Part shown: piece by piece, positions 48,786 through 56,026 of the stretch
Numbering within the stretch: position 1 is the stretch's first letter
How the letters are laid out: every line of letters starts with the position of its first letter
IMG/VR virus record: IMGVR_UViG_3300046169_000069
DNA from: a virus
DNA length: 64,000 nucleotides
Direction: 5' to 3' (one strand)
The notes under the pieces: generated by a model
What the model saw: only the letters and a program-made list of their open reading frames with translations
What the model was told of the DNA's origin: nothing
The model's database searches: none
Translations under genes and position numbers: made by a program

Positions 48786-48971
48786 TTAAAGTTTGATTGC
48801 AAGCGTTACGAGAATTGCACATAGTAAAATATTAGTCATCAACAATTCTAATGCCAAAATAGTATGGTACCAAATCCATCGAGTCTTGTAGGCATTATCT
48901 ACAGAGATATCTTCGGGATCTGGGCCTGCGTCGTCTTTAACTTGCTTTGAGAAATTTAACCACTTAAACAT
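48786..48971 (-). CDS. Small membrane protein
   Basis: NAYKTRWIWYHTILALEL with C-terminal TM. Confidence 0.6.
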   Translation of the reverse strand: MFKWLNFSKQVKDDAGPDPEDISVDNAYKTRWIWYHTILALELLMTNILLCAILVTLAIKL

Positions 48972-49206
48972 TTATTGTATTATCCTTACCGGAGTGTTTT
49001 TTGATGGTTTTTAAATGATTCTCCCAATCCTTTCCAGCCATAGTCATTGCTGACTTGACTCCAGAAACAATTTTAGGAGCAGATCCAGATGAGTGATATC
49101 TAACCCATTGTGGATGGTCTGCTTTCCAATCATCATACTCAGAAATCCGGAGAGTCACTTCCGCGATCTCTCCGGTTTCTATATTTTTGAATTCATACTG
49201 AGGCAT
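48964..49206 (-). CDS. FmdB-like small protein lacking the Cys ligands
   Basis: MPQYEFKNIETGE....L.ISEY..W..DHP, W..HLK.IK. Confidence 0.65.
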   Translation of the reverse strand: MPQYEFKNIETGEIAEVTLRISEYDDWKADHPQWVRYHSSGSAPKIVSGVKSAMTMAGKDWENHLKTIKKHSGKDNTINV

Positions 49207-49214
49207 TATTTATA
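49207..49214 (-). promoter_or_regulatory. Late promoter TATAAATA upstream of the lysozyme operon
   Basis: Exact motif. Confidence 0.7.
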
Positions 49215-49281
49215 CATTCCAAATTTTTTTCAGTCACTACGACAGGGGTCTCACACATGCACCTGAAGAGATAGTCACCTC

Positions 49282-49437
49282 CTATCGAGAAAGTTGTTGA
49301 TCGGACGAATTGCAATACAGTCTCGTTTGATAATACGTTAAATTACCTTGAGAGTATAGCGATTGTCGCCTTGCATCGTGAACGAACCTCTGAAGTTCGT
49401 TAATATCTTTGTTCAACTTTTCTTCTTGTCTCGACAT
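49282..49437 (-). CDS. Small hypothetical protein, 51 aa (not in ORF track)
   Basis: AAGGAG RBS; MSRQEEKLNKDINELQRFVHDARR. Confidence 0.5.
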   Translation of the reverse strand: MSRQEEKLNKDINELQRFVHDARRQSLYSQGNLTYYQTRLYCNSSDQQLSR

Positions 49438-49475
49438 AGGATTCTCCTTAGATTATAGTTTAATTGTCGAAAAGA

Positions 49476-49907
49476 TTACTCGCGGATCAAATTTGGAAAT
49501 GCCTCCTGTACAATTTTCTTGGTGATGTAACGGACAGGTGGTTTCTTTGCCACCATTTTTAAAACATACTCAGCATCCTCCGCGTGAACGGATTCTAGAA
49601 GCTGAATAAATTTATTCTCTCGTTTGTATGCGGGAAGCGTATCGCCTCGACCGCCTTCTACAAACCAACCAAACTCCTTGTGTTGTCTCAAAAGAGTAGA
49701 CGGTGTAGATTTAGCTTTGTTTGGGGTAAAGGGGGGACGACCTTCGGGCAGATTAAACGTCAAGGAATCGTCAAACGTTCCGCGTAAAATATCCCGAAGG
49801 GCGCAGTTTTCTGTGTATTTTTTCAATACATCTAATCGATCTTCACGAGAGTCAGCTTTCTTGTACTCCTCAAAGATCTCAAAGACTTCTTTACGAATGG
49901 TGTTCAT
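49476..49907 (-). CDS. Conserved T4-like protein (DUF6433-like)
   Basis: FNLPEG.PP, KRE..FIQLLESVH..DA, IT..IVQEAFP. Confidence 0.75.
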   Translation of the reverse strand: MNTIRKEVFEIFEEYKKADSREDRLDVLKKYTENCALRDILRGTFDDSLTFNLPEGRPPFTPNKAKSTPSTLLRQHKEFGWFVEGGRGDTLPAYKRENKFIQLLESVHAEDAEYVLKMVAKKPPVRYITKKIVQEAFPNLIRE

Positions 49908-49910
49908 ATC

Positions 49911-50180
49911 TTATGCCTTCTCAATTGGATAACAGACATAACGTTTTCTCTCAATGAGAATTTCTTGTTTCGTAGTACATGCAAACAAGAACTGTCTTAG
50001 TCCGATATCATACCTAATGATTGTATTGCGATCTTGACCAACCTTTCTCTCTAATTGAGCGATGCGATTGTTCTTCTGATCTAACACTTTTATATATTCA
50101 TCTTGTATCTTAGCTGTGCCACCAATCCAGACCAAAGAGCACAGCAAGGCACTGAGTGCCGCTGTATATAAAGTGCGCAT
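49911..50180 (-). CDS. Signal-anchored coiled-coil protein
   Basis: N-terminal TM, AGGAGAG RBS, late promoter upstream. Confidence 0.55.
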   Translation of the reverse strand: MRTLYTAALSALLCSLVWIGGTAKIQDEYIKVLDQKNNRIAQLERKVGQDRNTIIRYDIGLRQFLFACTTKQEILIERKRYVCYPIEKA

Positions 50181-50204
50181 TAGACTCTCTCCTTTGTCTA
50201 TAAT

Positions 50205-50212
50205 TATTTATA
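50205..50212 (-). promoter_or_regulatory. Late promoter TATAAATA
   Basis: Exact motif. Confidence 0.7.
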
Positions 50213-50251
50213 AACAGAAGAGTCTTAATTCTATATTTTTACCAACAGTTT

Positions 50252-50887
50252 CTAATAATCATATGTCGAATATGGAGTGCTTCCAAATTTATGCCGAGTA
50301 TATGTGGGATACCTAGTCGGTTGAATAACGCCAACATAATGTTCCGGTAAAAAATAGTGACTAGGGTAGATTCGCGTATAGGTATACTGCATACTTGTTA
50401 TCATATGGGTTAGTGCAGCAGGGCCTGTAATCGTTGCTGCACTAAGAAGTTGCATCGACGAAAACTCTTCCATAGACATATTGTGAAATTTCTCAACTAA
50501 TTTACGCATCAAGTAGTTGCCTTTAATTGCCCCAATATATGCGTTTGTAATCCAACCACAGATTACATATTCATTTTCCCAACAAGCAAAACTATCATTT
50601 TCTAATAGGTCTTCAGTAAAAGGACTGATAGCTTCACTATCTGCATCGATATAAACTCCTCCAAACTTGTACAACAACTCATACCGCAATAGATCTGCCT
50701 TGGCAGGCATTTCATAATCGGGTATCGCATCTATCCGACTTCTTAGAGTTAAGTCTTCGGGTAGATTGTCATCGGTCCAAAGGCGATATTCCCAATCAGG
50801 ATTCATGAGTCTAATAGAATCCATCAACTCGACTGGTCTCTTAGACTGATCTCCCAACCATATCTGGTGAATTATTTTTGGTATCAT
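50252..50887 (-). CDS. Glycosyltransferase family 32 (OCH1-like)
   Basis: MIPKIIHQIW.G, NPDWEY.LWTD, ADLLRYELLY..GGVYIDAD, TGP. Confidence 0.92.
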   Translation of the reverse strand: MIPKIIHQIWLGDQSKRPVELMDSIRLMNPDWEYRLWTDDNLPEDLTLRSRIDAIPDYEMPAKADLLRYELLYKFGGVYIDADSEAISPFTEDLLENDSFACWENEYVICGWITNAYIGAIKGNYLMRKLVEKFHNMSMEEFSSMQLLSAATITGPAALTHMITSMQYTYTRIYPSHYFLPEHYVGVIQPTRYPTYTRHKFGSTPYSTYDY

Positions 50888-51066
50888 TCGGGCAACCTAT
50901 CTACTTTTTTCTTAATAAATGTACGACCCTTGGTTGAAAAGAGTCGCGACTTAAATGGAATGAACTTACCACCTAACTCTTTTTGGTATCCGTGTAGATA
51001 GGTATTGCGTTCAGATGCATAATATATGTAGTTGGAAAGCTGCACCGCCCCAGTCCGTTGTTTCAA
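50884..51066 (-). CDS. Small hypothetical protein (5' end probably frameshifted)
   Basis: NYIY....LHGY....F....FSTKGRTF. Confidence 0.45.
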   Translation of the reverse strand: MKQRTGAVQLSNYIYYASERNTYLHGYQKELGGKFIPFKSRLFSTKGRTFIKKKVDRLPE

Positions 51067-51278
51067 TCAGTTGGTTGTACATCATTCATTTCCTTTATCA
51101 GTTCAATAGATTGAGAGAGACCATTGATCTCACCTTCACACAACATCCAAGAAGTTTTACGAGTACTTATTCTGGTACTCACTAAAGTTTCTTGATTGAC
51201 AATGTCGATTTGAGACTGAAAGTGTTTTACTTCTCTCAGTCTCTCCTCGAGTCGTGCCAGTAACAGATCTACGTTCAC
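51063..51278 (-). CDS. Hypothetical protein
   Basis: GTG start overlapping the upstream stop; coiled-coil. Confidence 0.45.
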   Translation of the reverse strand: MNVDLLLARLEERLREVKHFQSQIDIVNQETLVSTRISTRKTSWMLCEGEINGLSQSIELIKEMNDVQPTD

Positions 51279-52236
51279 GCAGCGACTGCCATCTCGACTG
51301 CGAGTTCTGCAGCCTTCTTCTTCTTGACACCATTGGCACCGTACCATGCAGAAGTCATACGACCGTCAGCAGTACGACCCGCAACGTGGTCTGTCAAGTA
51401 GGTCACAGAGTTGAATGCTTGCCACCATGAACCACGGACCGAACTCAGCGCCTGGTTGCGTCTCTAACAACTCGAACGCCTTCTTCGCGTTGGGTGCGAG
51501 ATCTTTATATGCAAGTACCTCGTGAGCAGGGAGCCTGTGATGGGAACAACGTGTTGTAGTAGTTGATCAACGACTCTGCGGTGAACTGCTTAGAAGACAG
51601 GAACTGCGCCATCTCTTTGTACTGGTCGAACTTCTCGTGTGCGAGACCCAAGTGTTGCTTGACCATCTGTGGGTCAAACGCACGTCGGTGGTTCACCTTG
51701 ATTCCGTTGTTCGCAGAACCCTTGAGTGCAAGTGTCAGAGTGTTCATACAAGTCACACGGATCGGTGTGAATCGGATGTCAATAGACTTACCGTACTCGT
51801 GTGGGTTAGAGAACAGAAGGTATGAATCAACTTGATCGCCCTTCAACACGTCAAACGACTCCTTGATCTTCGCGAGTGCGTAGACGAATTTGCCATCTTT
51901 GAGTGAACCCGCAGAGTTCATCTCCATGTCACCAGCGGCGCAGTACTCGTTGAAGAATGTGAACGCCTCAAGGTTCTGACAGGGTTCCCAGTTGCCACCA
52001 ACTTGGGTCAATACTTTATTGTCAGACGAACGCACGAGTGCTTCCATACCAGTAGGGATCAGATCAACACCCTCTTTCGCGGCATAGGTAGGTACCTTCT
52101 CAACTTCCCAGTTGACGCCCGCCTTCTCCATCATCTGCACTGGAGTCAAATCATTAGATACGTTAGTACCGATACCCCAAGGGCAGTTTCCAACAGTAGC
52201 TGATGTCTCAATTTGTAATACGTTATTCAAACTCAT
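51275..52236 (-). CDS. DUF932 family protein (indel near 51510)
   Basis: PW.GIG, NWEVEK, QN.EAF.FF, SAGSLKDGK.VYALAK, YLLFSN.H..G, TPIRVTC.NTL; shifted end GSWWQAFNSVTYLTDH. Confidence 0.88.
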
Positions 52237-52238
52237 AA

Positions 52239-52448
52239 TTAAATATCCTCTGGTCGATAGGTTTCAAATAGTTCTTTGGCCTCGGCTTCAAGACCAAGTT
52301 CAGCGAGACGATCCATCGTCACACGAATGCGTTGGGACTCATCGCGTCCCTTCACGTAGTAACGATTGTCGTCAGAAAAGTGATAGAACCAATCGTGGTT
52401 CTGGAGCATCTGTTCAAGAAGCTCTAACTGTACGTCGGTTTGACTCAT
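52239..52448 (-). CDS. Hypothetical protein
   Basis: LQNHDWFYHFSDD.RYY.KG motif. Confidence 0.7.
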   Translation of the reverse strand: MSQTDVQLELLEQMLQNHDWFYHFSDDNRYYVKGRDESQRIRVTMDRLAELGLEAEAKELFETYRPEDI

Positions 52449-52741
52449 TACGCAGCCTCCTTTCGTTCGCGAACGTCCAAGATCATGTCACGGACAATCT
52501 CACGGTCGATGCTGTCACCGTCAAAGTCAAAAGACGGACGACCCTTGAATCGGTCGATCATACCTCCGCAAATCTCAGCGATAGTGAAGTCGTAACGGTA
52601 GATCGCGTCTTCACCGCAGTAGAACATCTGCATGTACTCGATGAAGTCGAGGACCTCGGCAACGGTCATTTCTGGATCGTTGGGTCGGAATGCACATCGG
52701 TAGTACTCAGTAACAGCGTGGATTTCTAAAATGTCAGTCAT
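52448..52741 (-). CDS. Hypothetical protein
   Basis: FY...AIY, FDGDSIDRE.VRD motif. Confidence 0.7.
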   Translation of the reverse strand: MTDILEIHAVTEYYRCAFRPNDPEMTVAEVLDFIEYMQMFYCGEDAIYRYDFTIAEICGGMIDRFKGRPSFDFDGDSIDREIVRDMILDVRERKEAA

Positions 52742-52777
52742 ATCAAATCTCTCTCTTGATCATCAAATTACGTGGTA

Positions 52778-52843
52778 ATTATAACACGATTTAAAAACAT
52801 CTGTCAACACATTTTAAAAAAAAGTTAATGTTAATTTTACACA
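52778..52843 (-). promoter_or_regulatory. Early promoter TTGACA-N18-TATAAT with TGTG-N9-CATT box
   Basis: -10 at 52778-83, -35 at 52802-07, box at 52827-52843. Confidence 0.85.
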
Positions 52844-52847
52844 TTTT

Positions 52848-53030
52848 TTAGAAACGTCCGATCGGCTCAATTACGGCATCAACTATCTGGATTGTGTTGT
52901 TCTTCCAGTACTTGTCATACACCACACTTTCAAATCGTTTCTGTGCAAGTTCAAAAGACTTGTAGTACGCCGCATTGAACGTGCACCCCCTCTTGTCCGT
53001 TAGGACTATTTTGAATTTATTATTATGCAT
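52848..53030 (-). CDS. Hypothetical protein
   Basis: AGGAGAG RBS. Confidence 0.55.
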   Translation of the reverse strand: MHNNKFKIVLTDKRGCTFNAAYYKSFELAQKRFESVVYDKYWKNNTIQIVDAVIEPIGRF

Positions 53031-53038
53031 AACTCTCC

Positions 53039-53555
53039 TTATGCCATCATTGCCTCAAGTTCGTCGAACTGTTCTTCGACACCATACATACCCATCTCTT
53101 TCTTGACGCGCCATTCCTCACGGACAGCTTCGTCAAGGTTGGTAAGCGAACACGCGTCCTTACCCATAGAGTCCTGTTCCCAGCGGCGAATACCGACAAC
53201 CTCGTTTTCGAAGTTGAGCGCCTTCTGTTCGCAGTACAACTGACCGAAGTCTACCGACGCGTAGATCGCGGACTCCCAGAACTCGATGTGGTCTTCCTCA
53301 CGGAAGTCGATAAGATCGACAACCGACTCAGAAATGATGTACTCCTCAGAGTACTCAGATGAGTGTTGAATAGATCGCTCAACATCGACCCACCACTGAG
53401 TGTTGGCGATATCAGCCGCCGACGCGTTGATGAAGTAGGTGTCGCCACCCTTGGACTTCCAGTGTTGAGGGCAGTAAGCCCTCACCGTCCCAATCGTGGG
53501 CGCCGTAGTTTTCACGGAACTGAGTAGCGATAACAACAATGATTGAATTAGACAT
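53039..53555 (-). CDS. Conserved phage protein (indel near 53480)
   Basis: TQFRENYGAHDWDGEG joins CPQHWKSKGGDTY across a frameshift. Confidence 0.7.
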
Positions 53556-53574
53556 AATAAAGACCTCTAAAAAT

Positions 53575-53790
53575 TTAGGCGTAAAAATCGTTACGGAAGC
53601 GGCGAGTCTGAGATTCAGCCTTCGCAAGAAGTTCAGACCAATCGCCAGTGTTCTCAGCGCGTTGAAGATCGCGATTCACCCAGCGACTCAAGTGTTGATT
53701 GGACTTCGCATCCATTGCAGTGTTACCTCTCGCGCCAGACTTCATTGTCCGCTGAAAGGGTTGATTGTTCAACTGATAAAAACCTGACAT
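53575..53790 (-). CDS. Early hypothetical protein
   Basis: GAGGAG RBS after a promoter. Confidence 0.6.
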   Translation of the reverse strand: MSGFYQLNNQPFQRTMKSGARGNTAMDAKSNQHLSRWVNRDLQRAENTGDWSELLAKAESQTRRFRNDFYA

Positions 53791-53820
53791 AACTTATCTC
53801 CTCATCACTTTACAAATACC

Positions 53821-53884
53821 ATTATACACGTTTTTGAAAGAAAGTCAACACTTTTTTAAAACTTTTTTATGTTAATTTTCACAC
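53821..53884 (-). promoter_or_regulatory. Early promoter TTGACT-N16-TATAAT with UP element and upstream box
   Basis: -10 at 53821-26, -35 at 53843-48, box at 53868-53884. Confidence 0.9.
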
Positions 53885-54172
53885 TCAAGTATAGAGTAAA
53901 CCATAACCCATCATAAATCCAAGAGCCATACCCATACTAACTAGAATCAAGTAAGCAACGAAACCGCCATTACTAATCTCTGGTTCTTTGTTTCTCTCGC
54001 GACGAACAAAATCTCTATACGGACTCATACTGCCTTCTCCAGCTTCTCGATTTGGGTTTGGAAGCGAGGCAATACGCGCCTCAACACGTGCGTTGTCTTC
54101 GGGAGACAACTCCCCACGTACCTCACAGAGGCACATCAACTCGTTATAAAGATTACCTACTACTGCATCCAT
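53885..54172 (-). CDS. Probably two small genes (54025-54172 and 53885-54028, the latter with a TM) fused by an indel
   Basis: Internal ATG at 54028 with ATGA overlap; C-terminal TM. Confidence 0.45.
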   Translation of the reverse strand: MDAVVGNLYNELMCLCEVRGELSPEDNARVEARIASLPNPNREAGEGSMSPYRDFVRRERNKEPEISNGGFVAYLILVSMGMALGFMMGYGLLYT

Positions 54173-54357
54173 TACACAATCTCCGAAATACTAATGAACC
54201 CATACTGGGGGTTGTTGAACATGTTGTCAAACATACCGACTTCGTCAAAACCAAACAACGACAAAGCGGTGCTAACGTCACCTTTCTCGAACACGACCAT
54301 CTCGTGGCCCGAAGGAATTGAACCTACAAACTCATTAATGTTTTCAATCAAAATCAT
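54172..54357 (-). CDS. Early hypothetical protein
   Basis: First ORF after a promoter; TAATG coupling. Confidence 0.55.
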   Translation of the reverse strand: MILIENINEFVGSIPSGHEMVVFEKGDVSTALSLFGFDEVGMFDNMFNNPQYGFISISEIV

Positions 54358-54392
54358 TACAATCTCACTCTCTATCTCAACTTTATGTAACC

Positions 54393-54446
54393 ATTATAGT
54401 ACATGTTTCGAAAAGACGCAAGAGTTATTTGTGGTAATTTGTCACA
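54393..54446 (-). promoter_or_regulatory. Early promoter TTGCGT-N17-TATAAT with TGTG-N9-CACA box
   Basis: Near-identical to 33862-33915; box at 54430-54446. Confidence 0.85.
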
Positions 54447-54447
54447 T

Positions 54448-54861
54448 TTATTGGGGGAGATGTTTGGCGTGGATTTTACAACCGATGAACGCGTTGTAGT
54501 AGTCGTCTCTCAGGAGTACGTCGTACTCGAACTGGAGTTTTGCTTCGTAGTAGGAACACTCGCCTTTGGTTCGGCAGAGCTTGAGGATTTCTCGTTTGTA
54601 GTTATCGGCGCCGCGTTGCGCGACTGCCTCTTTTAGATCTTGGCTTGATCCGTAGTACCTGGGCCAGTCAGACTCTACTCGCGTCTTTACTTTACGCTTT
54701 CGAGTCTTAGTCACTGGCAGTGTTTTAGGTTTCCAAAAAAACTTTTTTCCGATATACTTCATGCCCGTGTCGAGCTCAGTAATCAGATACACAAACCCCT
54801 GATAGTCTTCAAGAAAGCCATCTTCGGGTTCAAACGTGGTGTCTTCATATAACCAATCCAT
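54448..54861 (-). CDS. GIY-YIG-like protein
   Basis: GFVYLIT..DTGMKYIGKK, SDW..YYGSS, REIL.LC. Confidence 0.8.
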   Translation of the reverse strand: MDWLYEDTTFEPEDGFLEDYQGFVYLITELDTGMKYIGKKFFWKPKTLPVTKTRKRKVKTRVESDWPRYYGSSQDLKEAVAQRGADNYKREILKLCRTKGECSYYEAKLQFEYDVLLRDDYYNAFIGCKIHAKHLPQ

Positions 54862-54885
54862 GAACCTATGTATAGGTCTGGTAAG

Positions 54886-55026
54886 TTATTCATCATCGGA
54901 TGATATTTCCGATTCGACATCTGCACCACACATAGGACAATGTCTAGGCATTTCATCCTCGTATGGCACACGTACCACAGTGTGTATGTCACAAATCGGG
55001 CACTCGATAGTATATTCGGTGTCCAT
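54886..55026 (-). CDS. Small zinc-ribbon protein, 46 aa (not in ORF track)
   Basis: IECPICD...PRHCPMCG; TGATG coupling to nrdB. Confidence 0.7.
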   Translation of the reverse strand: MDTEYTIECPICDIHTVVRVPYEDEMPRHCPMCGADVESEISSDDE

Positions 55027-56001
55027 CACGCTACCTCTAATTCTATATCCTCCCAACCGAAGTCTTCACCTTCCATACCCGCAACAGAGTATTCTGTTAC
55101 ACGTTTTTCAAAGAAGTTGTCATGTGACGCTCCATTGAGCACCCAATCTAACCACGGCAATGGGTTTTTCTTTTGGTTGAATAACGGCTTTCATTCCTAA
55201 CTGAAGTAGACGACGGTCAGCAATGTGACGTATGTAGTCGCGGACTTCTTTCTTTGTTAGGCCTTGAACATCGTTACCTTTAAATGCAAGTTGAATGAAC
55301 TTCTCTTCCAACCTGACAGCATTCTCAGCCATAGAATAAATCTTTGACTTGAGTTCGTCGTTCACGATGCGAGGATGTTCCTCACAGAACTCACGGAACA
55401 ACTTTGAGTTACCTTGTACGTGAATGGTTTCATCGCGGATGGACCATTCTACGATTGTCGCCATACCCTTCATCTTACCGAACCTCTGGAAGTTAAGTAG
55501 CATGACGAACGATGCGAAGACAGACATGCCTTCGTTGAACACTGACTGCGCTAACGCGAGTGCTAGTCCAGTGTGAGAGTTCGTTTCACCCTCTTTCATA
55601 AAATCAATCTTGTCTGCCATTTCCTTGTACTCTAGGAACTTGTGAAAGTCTTCGTCTGGCAGACCAAGTGTATCATTGAGAAGTGCGTACGCACGTTGGT
55701 GTACTGCTTCTCGTGCCGCAAACGATGACAACATGTTGCGGACTTCGTTGTTCTTGAACTTTGGTATCAACAGTTCGTGGTAGTTCTCCCCTACCTGTAC
55801 ATCTGACTGCGTGAATAGTCGCAGTACATGAGTAATAAATTCTTTCTCTGACTCAGACAGTTTGGTCTTCCAATCTTGTACATCTTCTGACAATTCTGCT
55901 TCATCTTCAATCCAGTGTATTTCCTCGTGTTTTTTTGATAGTTCAACCGCCCAAGGATACTTGAACGGTTTGTATGTTTCGGACGTTTTTAGTAATGACA
56001 T
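55026..56001 (-). CDS. nrdB: Ribonucleotide reductase class Ia beta subunit (indel near 55185)
   Basis: YKPFKYPWA, FTQSDVQV, REAVHQRAY (radical Tyr), NEG, WSIRDETIH; shifted end NPLPWLDWVLNGASHDNFFEKRVTEYS. Confidence 0.96.
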
Positions 56002-56026
56002 ACTAATCCTTTATTTGAATTGTTTA

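Noticed and set aside
54448-54861. Mobile homing endonuclease or intron beside nrdB
   Set aside because: Short stand-alone GIY-YIG-like protein without an evident DNA-binding tail; nrdA and nrdB show no intron or intein insertion.
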